A DNA stretch of 61,715 nucleotides, filler included, from Sphacelaria rigidula (lineage: Eukaryota): the NCBI GenBank assembly GCA_964200075.2. It is 5 parts of 5 records of this genome, joined end to end, with 100 filler letters (N's around TTAATTAATTAA, not from the genome) between each part and the next. Parts side by side here need not be neighbours in the genome. Positions count along the whole stretch, not along the records: positions 49,454 to 61,715 come from CAXNAA020003949.1; 4 more parts are not named here. One strand, given 5' to 3'. The notes under the pieces were generated by a model. It made no database searches. It was not told the DNA's origin and saw nothing but the letters and a program-made list of their open reading frames with translations. Shown piece by piece: positions 50,316 through 61,715 of this stretch. Position numbers and translations under genes: made by a program. Each line of letters begins with the position of its first letter. The stretch's first letter is position 1.

Positions 50316-53300
50316 GCTCCGATGGAAGGAGCAACACACAGCACAGTGCGGATATACTACACCGCCAGGGTAGTGCTTGCACCCGTCAGCATGACGGCTG
50401 CTGCTGCTGGTATCGGCGCCAGCGCTCGCTGCGACGGAAAAGACACAACTAGTCAAATTAAGAGGGGGATATACTGATACACGAGCATCGCAATAACCCG
50501 CTGCGGCGGCAAAGTACCACTCGCTGTCTGCTTGTCCGCTTGCAACTCTGTTTCTCTGCTGCTGCTCTATCCATCCCGGCGTACACTACAGGTGTGACTC
50601 GAGCCTGCGAGCCATTCACAAGTAGTTTTCACTGCATAATTCACTACAAAGGTAGCATTTCATTGGCGCTAGATTGCGCCGATTTCTCACTCAAGGGCCT
50701 CTGATTGGTTGAAATCCACATTTCACTACAAAACGTTATCCCCATGTGTGGGCGGTTTGCCTTTTTTTCTCTGCCCTCATGATTGTTCATACCAAATTTT
50801 AGGGTCCAAGTTCAAATGTTGAGTTGCGAAGGACATGCAAACTCCAAATCCGCTTCTAGGCTGGCTCAGCTCATACAAGTATAGTCTGTACCCAGTGTTA
50901 TTCTTTTTCGATGTTATGGAGGCGGTATATTACGGTGAGGTGCGGGCCCCAATTCTACTGTCATTTTATTCGTAATAATGTAAGCATCTTTGTTATCACT
51001 TCACCCAAGTAAAATTGGTGTACACAAGCCGGTAACGGCGAACTTCAAATAAACTTGATAAACCGGAGTCCTCATCACCAGTTCCAGTTAAAGTCCAGTT
51101 CCAGTTTAATCGTCAGTAGAAACTGGTCTAGATCACAGCCCTAGCAAAAACAGATATTGTCACGGGGCAAGAGATGAAACACGAAGGCGGCGATTATCTT
51201 TTTGTCAGTACTGTACTGACGAGCCAGCGGTCGTACTGTGTTCGCGGCCAGCCAAGTACCGCGCATGATCGATTTTATGGATGATCCGAAAACATCTACT
51301 TTATATGTTGCAACTGCTTGCTGTCGAGAGTACAACCCTGTATGCTATTACACTCCGAATACCGCAATATCCAACAAAATCATGTCAACTGCTCTCATAC
51401 ACTATTTTCCCGCACGTCGACTGCGGCCGGTTGTGGATGCTTGTCGAAGCACGTGATCGCACACGCGCATGACAGGATCAACAACTGGAAACTCAACTGA
51501 TCGGCCTGCTGCCCAGAAGCCCCAACTATCAATACGTATTTTTCTTCGCGAAATTGCCATAATAAGAAGACAGAAAAAAATGTCCCACTACGCTGTGACT
51601 CCCGGTAGTATCAAAACCGAGAGCTCATCGCCGCCTGCACGTGTGGTCTTCTGCCCATCTGTTACCAGAGGGGCCCCACATTGGGAAATCACGGCACCAG
51701 CCCCCCACTCCCAAGCGGTCGAGAATGAGGAAATGACGTCATCAACTTGGCGAAAAGCTTTTTCTTCCTGGTTCTACACCAGTATACGGAACTGAACAAT
51801 TATTTCCTTCGCCCAGGGTTCGCCTCGACGTCAGCACCTTGAAACCAAGGAGCTTTGGTGTGTCAGTTGTTCTTATGGCCACAGGCTTGCCGCGTGGGAG
51901 CAAATTTGCCGGCTGGATAATGTCTTTTGAGTCGCTTGGATCCCTGGATAATGAATAAGGATCCAACCGCTACATCTTTTATTTGACCGATGTCGGTCAA
52001 CTTTTTTTTATTCGAGCGCCTACATCTCTTGAATTTGAGAGCGTCATGGATTTTTGCAGAAGTGTAGCCTCTACTCGTCCGGTAGGCAGTAGCAGTGTAG
52101 TTCCTTGCAAATACTACTTTATACCCCGCTGTGTACATTGTTCCCGTACTGTACTGTTGCACTGATCACCGTTCGAGCCATCAATCTGCATCTCAACCAG
52201 CTGCTCTGTGTGCCAGCTACCGCATTTTTTGCCGGTGCATCCCTTCAATCTGTGTGTCCGCATTTTTTGCCGGGGCTCATCCCTTCAATCTGTGTGTCGG
52301 TCTGTGTGTCATGCCCTATGCATCTGCATGTACCATATACAAAATACCATCGAATCCTACAGTCAGAACGGCGTAGAGCCACAGAACCACAGAACCGACA
52401 GCACCGCCGTGAAATGCGAGGCTGCCTCCCGACCCACCTGCAAATGACGTTATACCTCGTACTGTGTTTGCAAAGTACAGCCTGTAATTGTACGGTAATA
52501 TTTTCGAAGTACTACACTACTCCTACTGTCGCCATCGTCCATTGATCGGGAGGGGTACCCCCCCCCCCCCTACTACTGCCCCAAAATGAGGTTTTGGCGG
52601 CATGAAGGGCCCTGGTGCCGTGACTTCGCAATGTGGAGCCCATTGTGTTTCCCGCCCTGCTGTGAACAACTGTGGAGTACGACTGTTGTTTCGGGTCTAC
52701 AGTATTTGAAATTGGATTTATTGTAGATTTGGCTCTACAGGCGTTCGCGGCCTGCACGCTCTTGTTCGCATAGCCCACTTGCAAATAGGCCGCCCCTTGT
52801 GTGTCTTCCTCCAACTTTCAGACGCAATGAAGTCTTCTGGCAGGTTTCAAACTGCTGCCTGTACAGGCAAAATTATGCCGGCTGCCACAAGATTTTGGTC
52901 TCACTTTCATCCACAAGACCATGAGTGACACGAGAACCCACTATTGGCGTAGCCGTGGCAGCCCACTTGAACAGTATTCATGATCATGTAAGAAACTGAA
53001 TGTGCTGCCCCAATTAAAGCGTTGACCTGTGCTGTATTCCACCCCACTGCAGAATTTTTCCCGGAGGTACAGCACCATTTGCAGTCCTTTCCCCCTTCAA
53101 CCCGATATCCGACTGTGTGAAAAGACCGGTTGAACGCTGATGTGATTGGATAGTCGACCGCTGCATGTTGCGAAACGAGTGATCCTCAACCCGCAAGCCT
53201 CAGATCCCGGTATGCTCTCATCCTCCACGCATGGTATTTTTTTCGCAAGGTGGCAGGAATCATTTCTCTGACAAACCGCGCACCCCTGTCATTTTTTCAG

Positions 53301-53796
53301 CATCGGAGTTAGTGCGTAGAAAAATCACGTCCATAGATGTCTGTAATCCTCGCCCCAAACTTAGTCTGGACTGAAACTTCTGTCGATTTTTTTTTTCACT
53401 CTTACCGCCGGTCTAATATTTTTCAAATCATTCGCACAAAAGGATTGAGGGACAAGGGCGCATACTGCGGTACCGAGAATTGCATCCCCTTGGTGTAATC
53501 GATGGCGACGTGGTACGTGTGTGAATTCTGAAGACATCGTTTTTTTTGCAGCACACGGCCAGCTACACTACATTATACTATTTTCGCTACTCCGCAAAAT
53601 CCTGAACGCCAGCAGGTACATCGCCAAAGCTGGCATTTTTTGTCGCACAAACACAAGAATCTCACGGCACCCACGCCGAAACAAGACACTCCAACCCACC
53701 GTACCTTGCTGCAATTGGAAGATCCAGCATCGAGACAAAGCAAGTCACCGCGCGAACATGGCCCAACTACAGAATAGCTAGTGTACTTGAACCGCT

Positions 53797-53888
53797 GCCG
53801 CGCCCCGAGTGGTCTAGTATCACACTACCGTAAGCCACAGGATTGGAAGAGTGCGTCTTCGATTCCCGGAAGGTGTTTTTTTTTTTTT
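53797..53888 (+). other. tRNA-like / SINE-head-like fragment ending in oligo(T)
   Basis: GCCGCGCCCCGAGTGGTCTAGT (A-box-like) ... TCTTCGATTCCCGG (B-box-like), then about 13 T. It resembles the SINE head; I could not fold a canonical cloverleaf. Confidence 0.4.
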
Positions 53889-55766
53889 AATTGGAAGTAC
53901 GGCGTTTTCCACACACCACATATCGTTTTATGTACACTTCCTACAGATTCTGAGTGATCGGTAGCTGAAGAAGAGTCCCAATGATCCCCTGCGGCAAAAA
54001 CATGCTACCCATATATTATTTTTTGTCTGTATAATATCAGGCCAGCGTTGGGTACATGCTTTGATTCACAATTGAGTCACGAGGAAAACCGTCTGGGTGC
54101 AGAGGAGAGGAGAGTGAGTACCCCACCGTTGGGATGCGGTCCAACCAAAATCAGCCCAAACTGATGTGATGCACCAGTTTCACCATCTGAGTGCGGTGGG
54201 TCACGGAAACGATGAAGCGTGGTGTCGCTTCGAGATGATCTAAATTAAACCATCTGTGAAGGAGTACAATCTGCTTTCGGCTCGTTTCCTGATCGCTTCG
54301 CTTTATCCATGGCTCATTCCATTGCTCGTCGGACATGGCTCGACCCCGGCAGAGATGTGCACGTCCCCGTTGTACTGTACAGCCACGGGGTGGCAATGGC
54401 GTTAATCATTATGGCTGTGGAGAGAGGCCAGTCAAAAGCTCCAGTAACAGTTTTGCTCAATGCTGATGCATTCCGAATCGTTTTACCTTATGTTCTATGA
54501 GTCCCTAGGCTGGCGATTGCGCACAGACTATTTCTCATGCAAGTACGGTTATTATGTCCCTTGTTTTTTTCGGATCGTGTCGCCGAATTGCGAGATTATC
54601 AGACCCGCACACCCATGGAAGAGTTGGAGATGGCACGCATACTCGGTCCCTCCGCTGTCTCTTGCACATGGCACAATCGCAACAAACTTGAGTTTAGATA
54701 GTTACTGACACAACGTAGTCAGTAATGTAATTGCCACTCGAGAAGCTGACGAGCGAATCGACATAGCGGTCGACACGTGTTGGAAACACCTGATTTCTTT
54801 TGGCCCACTTATGTGGCACGTCGTCAAGCCACGCGTGGCTGGCGGTGCGAAGTCCTCGAAGCAGACCACAGGGAGGGAAGCCTACCGACTGCGTACAGTG
54901 AGTCGACCGCTCCAGGGTGGTGGTCCGGAGGGAATGATGACCGCCTCCAAGTGAGACAGACTCCACCTTGAAGTGGATCAGGCCCCGCCTACCGGGGGAG
55001 TGATGATACACTCCGATTCCCGCCGCCGTGGGACCCCGTCCCGAAGAGGATCGCCCCGAAGTGGAGACCTCACTGACCTCGACTTGAATGAGTGCGATAA
55101 CACGAAAATACGCACCTGTGCACGTGGCGTGTCGAGTCATCTCGCAGGAACTGCAACTTTACGTAGACCCGGCTGAAGCGACCACTTCCTGGACAAAAGA
55201 TTACGTTGTCAAAATTGTGTGCTGCGTACAGTATGGATCTGTTGTCTATTGCCATAGACGTAGTGGTCGATGCTGCAGGCAGTACGCTTTTTGACAGAGT
55301 GATCTATTTTCCAGGGTCTGGAAGTTACCCAAACTGCACTAGTATGTTTCGTGGTCAGGTGTACCCGAATACTGTGCTCTTGACTCGTGCCTTTTTTTTT
55401 ATCTGTGGTGGTGGGAGGTAGGCCAGCTCAGCGTGGCACAATGACCTCGTAGTGATAGGCTACAAGAACCATACGTGTGCGAATATCTCTGTTGGGAAGA
55501 GGGCACCGGACAGGCATGCTTCGACTACAACAGTGCCTCACATCAACTGCGAATCGGATGAGACGCATTTTTATTCAGGTTTTACAGGATATCGTGCCAT
55601 GTACCGTTTCCGGCATGCGTAATTCAACATCAAGGGGATAGGTGGGCCCGCTCGATGGACTGTGGTTCATATAACCGGCCGCGTTATGAAATATTTCCGG
55701 TGCATCGTGGGTCGAACTATTTCCTCTGCTGTGCTGCAGGACGGAACTGCGGCGCTGTAAATAATC

Positions 55767-57987
55767 ATGGTCAAGTGGTCGGAGATCAGCCCCTATCTGC
55801 ACAGGCGTGCCGAGAGCTCGCACGATGCCAGCGCAGTCACGGGCACCAATCTTCATGGCCGGTTAATCGGGCAAGACCCCGAAGATGCTACCACCGCCAA
55901 GGAACAACACGCCAGGAGTTCCGCACTTCTGAGCGTCATCATGCAGGTGCGGCATGCGGATCTAGTGACGTACGAGTGGTACATGGCCCCATCGTATCCT
56001 GCTTGGGCCACACACCTCATCCAGATGGTCTTACTGACTAGTTTGTAGATCCTCGTGAGGCGTTGTCTTGGAAAAAAAACTGTTCATTTATTACATAATC
56101 CGTGAATATGAATCGAAGTTACCAGTTATCCTACGAAGAATGTTCATTTTCCGTGCACGGGTACCGTAGTGTGGTCCATGAGGACAGGGATCGTAGGCCG
56201 TTTTTATTTTCATCGCTTGTTGCCGCATATTATATCCGCGCTGGTTTTGTTGTGATCACAGTTGAATATTCATGTGTACCGGCGTCGGGGAGGTGGTGCT
56301 CCACGTAGCAACTTTTTTTGCTGGGTTTGCCGCGTCTGTGGGCTACCGGGTGCATAATTTGCACAATCAATCGACGCGTGTTCCGTCATGAATCAGGTAA
56401 ACGAATCGCCGTGCACCGTAGTGCGTTTCAAGCACACTTGGTTCACTCGAAACCCCTCCTTTTTGTTGGCGCACTTGACGTTCTGTTGCTTCTTGTGTAC
56501 ATGCAGATCGACACATTTTTGGCTGGATTTCTCCTGTTTTCCCTCACTGGCGAGAGGAACACAGACGAACTGGAACCGGACGAGAAAGTACAGGTGACTG
56601 ACACCCGAACAAACAAGAAATGGGGTCACTGCAAGCTTATGTCCTGCTGTTGCTGTTGTGGAAATATGAAATGCTCTTTGCAGCAGCGCATGTTGATCCG
56701 TTCGGGGCTCTCCATACCAATCCCCGAGTCGAACACACAATCATATGTAGGCCCAGGGGGAAAGCAAAGTGTGGCAAGGAAAATACACAGGTAAAAAGCG
56801 GAGAAGAGTTGAGATATCATACCGAATAATCTGCCAAATACACAGCACTAGCTCGCCAAAGGTCGTGGCTAAATTTTGTCATCTTTTAGTCAAGAATCCC
56901 TTTTGCCCGATCTGCCAGTTTCGAGGCCTGATTTCCCTGGTGCAATGCTTTACGTCGCTACACGAACCTCAGCACGATAAGGATATAACTATGGAACACA
57001 TCATAAGATGGCGATGAAGCATGCCGTTCTTGGTACATGGCAAGCCTCGCGCCCCACTCTCCGAACTTGCAGCGTGCCCCCAAACACACCACGTTGCGCA
57101 CCTTGCGGTTTCTTCCATCATGCAAATGCCCCACCAATTGAGCTGTACTCTTCACGCTGCGTTGCGATTATTGTTCCTCAGCCGGTTGTGTGGGTTCTGG
57201 TTCAAAATTGAGTGAAGCTGCGAGTGATGTGGTTTTGAATATCAACTTTCCCTTGTTCAACGTATGCTCGGGTTCCGACTGTGAGCACTGTAGCATCCAA
57301 TTATGTATGCACGGCTGTTGACCATGCGGTCTCGAATTGTACATGAGAAGGCAGACAGTCGTCGATGTACATGTGGTATTGGGACTTTCAAATGCATTCG
57401 CGACCTTTTCAACGTAACCTTTTAGATTTGGCTCTTGTGCGCTCTGTTGGGAAAGTCTAGTTGTGCTAGCATTGCCGTGGGTGTTCACTCCATGAATTGG
57501 CGCTAGTACTCGGTGCTGCTGTTGTTTGAAATGTCCGATATGGGTACACTGTTGACGCACTACGAGCGATGGAGTAAACAACCGCCAACAGCCCTCAATC
57601 TCCATGACTGCGATCATTTCGTCCGGAGCAATTGACCATTTACCGTCAGATGTTGATCCACCCCATTCGCGACAACAGGTTATTCTGCAGACGGTTACGT
57701 TCGGGGTATTCCTGGCCGCCATAATTCACACGGCGTTGCTCATGATGAGCACAGGGTGGAAGTACACCCTCAACTGGTACGACCCGATCTGGCCGGGTAT
57801 CACGTCCGCGCTGGGATTAGGCCTGCTTCTCGTCACGGTGGCCGATGCGGTTCTGATCGAGGTCCGTCCCGATACTGATTTAGACGACCCAGAGTACTGG
57901 TATATCGTTCTGCTGGGTCTGCTGTTGCCCATCTTGCTATCTGGGTTGGTTGTAATGGTGCAGATGTGCGGTGCACGTGTCTGGTGA
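55767..57987 (+). CDS. Unknown 4-transmembrane protein, 3 exons, about 191 aa (or the 3' part of a decayed longer gene)
   Basis: Phase-0 GT-AG exons: 55767-55946 (MVKWSEI..SSALLSVIMQ), 56507-56593 (IDTFLAGFLLFSLTGERNTDELEPDEKVQ), 57679-57987 (VILQTVTFGVFLAAII..GARVW*). The first hydrophobic helix forms across the exon junction. Start context is ATAATCATGG. Confidence 0.55.
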
Positions 57988-58910
57988 ACTCGGATACCCC
58001 TCCACGGTGAGTGGACGGTGGATTTTCGCCTTCGTCGCCGTTTTCATGTTCCTCGTGTATATTTTTTCTCGTGCACGTCGGTAATTGGCGAATGTTGTGT
58101 GTGATGGTGGCGGTCTATGGTGGAGCACCGTGACCATGGCGGTAAGCGCTTAAAGGTGTATGGTGGCCATACTCTGCACTGGTGCACGTTGCAGTACATG
58201 GAATCTTCAGGTAATGGAAGGAAATTGGCGGTGTTTGTTATATGTGTTGCTGTCCTTGACGTTGTGGCTAGAATCTAGCCTGAATGTTGTACACGTGTAC
58301 GTTTCTTCGTTGATTGACTGTTTGTTGTGATCGTGACAGGCATGCCTGGTGTTGTTTGCAGTTTTAGAGATGCTACTTGAATACCCATGGCGAGATATTT
58401 GTGGACAAAGACCGCTGTGTGTGTCGTACACATCGATTGTGTCAAAGTGGACCATTAGATATAAGGGAGGTACAGTGCGTGCTCAAAGGTTCCGATTGGT
58501 GGATTTGGTGAAAAGAGTTTCATATTTTTCGATATATCACGTCGGGCGAGTACGTGTCGACTAGTTTCTTGGGTATTTATGTTCAGCGGCCTTCACGACA
58601 GGCTACGTGGAGCTGCTAGTGTTCCATGAAGAATGTTTGGCGCCCTGACTCTATCCCACTTGTTATTCACACACGGGTGGTGGCCAACTGCCTGGCATTT
58701 GATCGAGCCCAAGCACGTTCAATAAGCAACAATTTTTTCAAAGTCAACGGCAATCCACTGCTTTCAGCTTCAATTCACGAGAAGTATGGCAGGCTGAATT
58801 GTAGTGGGGAAGCGATGCGGAGGTCTCCGAAGTGGTTGTGTTTATGGGTGCCGCGAGTGGTCGTGGGGAAGATATACTCGTACCTTTGGGCTTCTAGAGG
58901 GGTGTTCGGG

Positions 58911-59226
58911 GAACGATGGTACCGTGAGATTGAGTCAAGGATACGATTGAGAGTAGGCAGCGGTCAATCAAAAATTAAATAGTTTCAGTTCCGGAATGCC
59001 CCTCCAGGCCTTGAACGAGGCCTGACACGCTTTCTGTAGCAGCTTGTCACTGAAGCCTTTGATAATTCTGATATCCCTGAGTAGGACATCGACGTGAAGC
59101 TTTGAGCACTCGAAAATGTTCCAGGAAAAAGAGAGGAACAAACAAAATGAAGATCGGTCAAGGAGATCCATCAATAAAACTCACTCTCAATCAACGCTGT
59201 AGACTCAGCATCACAAAACATTGTTG
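58911..59226. mobile_element. MITE-like element, second copy of 3558-3840
   Basis: Shares GGATACGATTGAGAGT, GCGGTCAAT and internal blocks; right end ACTCTCAATC..CATCACAAAACATTGTTG. Confidence 0.6.
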
Positions 59227-59984
59227 GGAGTGTTTTGACGGCCTCATATCACGAGGTTGAGCAGGGATAGCCAAGCAATGGAACGCACGGTAGACGTCGC
59301 AGTAGGAATGGCGGCCCACGCGAAGCGTGTCCCCGCAACATGGCGTGGCCATCGCAGTGCACGATACCGGTCGAGTCTCCCTCAGTTGGCTGACAGCACA
59401 CTGTTGAATTCGCGAGCAAAGTGGCACGAAAAACGAGAAAAGTGTTACAAATTGTTCTCCTCCGAGACTACAACGTTTGTTTACGGGCGAGAAGAACCGT
59501 TGTACCTATCGCGTGATGCGAAAAGGCAAGGACCGAGGAAGTACACTCCTGGGTTTCAGGACCCCGTTTCACTACTTTGTTGAGTAAAACAAGGCAAGTT
59601 GTGCGCCTGTATCCATTCGTGGTTTTAGGGCAAATAGCACGGCAGCTTCATGCAAAATATTGCCGTGCAACCGCTCTGTTGCCGTACAGCCGGTGTGTGG
59701 CCTCCGTGGCAAGCACCATGACACTCCCTTGAAAGTCACAGCTTCCTCTGTTGTCGCCTTCGCCATCTTGATGTTTTCGCGGATGTGGCACGGTACTGGC
59801 ATGACACTACCATGGACTTCGTGGCCCGTGGAGAAAATACCGTAGGAACACCTATCAGTAGCAGTTTTTTAGCAGTCTGTCACGTATAGATTGTGGTGAC
59901 GCGCCTCTAACTCCGTTATCTCGCTGGGTATACAAAGAAACTTAATCGAACAGGTCATGATGCTGCATAGACACCGGAAAATTC

Positions 59985-60174
59985 CATCACTTGATAATAT
60001 CATGGCCCGTATTTCCCTTCTCAATGCGAAGCACAGTGAAACCCTCCTGGTTTTGAACAATGAACACGCGTGCAATGTTCATCACTTGATAATATCATGG
60101 CCTATGATTCCCTTCTCAATACGAAGCACAGTCAAAACCTCCCTGGTTTTGAACGGCGCACACGCGTGCAATGC
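59985..60174. repeat. Tandem duplication, 95-bp unit x2
   Basis: CATCACTTGATAATATCATGGCC...CACGCGTGCAATG starts at 59985 and again at 60080. Confidence 0.8.
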
Positions 60175-60282
60175 CTTTGCGTTGAGCGCGCTGTTCTACT
60201 GGGTTTATGCATACCAATATCATTCGCGTGAGAAACAGGAAGAAATCACCTTGAACGGGATTTTCGGGATCATGTCGGTTAA

Positions 60283-60536
60283 CCCTTAGACCGCGAGGTT
60301 AGTCTTCTGTTGAGTCGGCATCAAATTCAAGTGAAAAAAAGTATGCATGATCCAGAAAGACTGATGTCGCGGTCTAAGGGTCACTGCTTGACGTGGAGCC
60401 CTTTGTACAGAACAATCTCACAACGGATCTCGTGTACCCCTTGACCGCGACGGTAGGTCACCTGCTGAATCGGCATCAGTTTCACTTGAAAATAGTGATG
60501 TGATCCAGATGGACTACCTGCATCGCGGTCCAAGGG
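60283..60536. mobile_element. Two piggyBac-like MITE units of about 100 bp (60283-60380, 60437-60536)
   Basis: TTAA|CCCTTAGACCGCGA ... TCGCGGTCTAAGGG. The second unit closely matches 17741-17842. Confidence 0.55.
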
Positions 60537-61715
60537 TCAAGCAAGTGAAGACTGACCATGAATGGCAGAGAGATGGTCGACCATAGGCATCCGCGCCTAC
60601 GACCACTAGGTCACTTGCAACATTTAAGTTTGTCATTTCACAGTAATACACTTGTTCAGTTTGTAAGGTGAGATTGAAGATTCGAAAACTCGTGCATGGG
60701 GTGAAAACTCACCTTAACGGACCGGGTGTTTGAATCTCGCGTCAACCCTTTTGACGCCCACGGCTTTCCGTTCCGAGAATCGGGCCACTGACAGTCCCTC
60801 CAGTTTTCGGGAGATGGCCGTGGTGTAGGCGTCAGTGGCCGCCAGCAGGCTGCTCGGGCGCTATGGTCCGTTCTTGACGTTACAGGTACACCTGGAAACT
60901 CGACAGACCCACGAAAAAGGGGAAAACGACAGCTTCATACGAAACGATTCTGAGCCCACGTCCTTTAGATTCGACATACCACAAAATGGTGTCATGCCAG
61001 CACAGCGCGGGCGCCCAAAAACATCAGATCATCCCCAAGGCGGTGTTGTCGTCCCATCTATTCTGGGCGCCGGTCTACACCTTTCGGTATGTGTGGGCGC
61101 ACCAGCCGGGGTCACACAGAAGGTCAACACAGGAGCTTTTTATTATTTTATTTGTTTTTTGTACCCCACCTTCCTTTTGCGGTGCTTGCCTTTTATTTTT
61201 TTATCGCGAGAGGGGTTCAGCTGTCCCTTTCCCTCGTCGACCGTTAACCCTTAGACGACGAGCGTCGCCTCGGAACAGTTGTACAGGCTGACAGTTCCGA
61301 GACATCCGGGAGTTTCCAGAGCTCGGGGGGGGAAAGGGTGGTTTTTGAGGGGGGGGGGGTGTCTCTCCGCGGAGCATCGGAGAAGCTCACGGAGTCAACC
61401 ATGTGTGTTTGGAAGTTTCCCGCGGAACATCATGAGCCGTGCACGAGGCCCGAGAGACGCGGGATGGCCATCCTGACCAATCACGGTCGTCAAAATAAGC
61501 ACTTTTGTTACGGTAGAGGTAGATGCCTGGTAGACACATTCGCTGTCGACCCTCCAGGGTTGCATATCGGATCGAGAATAAAGTTCGATAGATATTCCTA
61601 GAATATCGAACCACAGCCGCCGATACCGATATTTTTGTCGATATTCCGAAAATGACACGACGATACGTACCGTGTATCAAGGGTCTGTCGAGCAAAGTTT
61701 TTCTGACACGGAGGC

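Noticed and set aside
60713-60891. Minus-strand exon-like segment with good AG/GT sites
   Set aside because: The protein-like frame has a stop, the open frame is not protein-like, and no partner exons were found.

Overview
Eukaryotic, intron-rich, repeat-rich genomic DNA, most consistent with a brown alga or related stramenopile (inferred from gene content, GT-AG introns and TTAGGG telomere motifs). The window is not one locus. It is five near-equal contigs (about 12266, 12263, 12262, 12262, 12262 bp) joined by an artificial 100-nt N44-TTAATTAATTAA-N44 linker. Contig 1 holds a complete 10-exon DOMON + copper type II monooxygenase (DBH/MOXD1-like, about 583 aa, signal peptide, GPI-like tail), a Ty1/copia remnant and several MITEs. 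Contig 2 holds two divergently oriented Josephin deubiquitinase paralogues, one of them missed by the ORF track; both are incomplete. Contig 3 holds six exons of the helicase C-terminal half of UPF1, with SINE/MITE-filled introns. Contig 4 is a 12.3-kb 63-bp satellite with higher-order structure and an internal head-to-head (TTAGGG)n/(CCCTAA)n junction. Contig 5 holds a small spliced 4-TM protein gene and a possible partial gene. No clear-cut novel multi-gene system is supportable. The most unusual signals are the telomere junction inside the satellite and the hidden Josephin pair. All calls are by eye, with no database searches.
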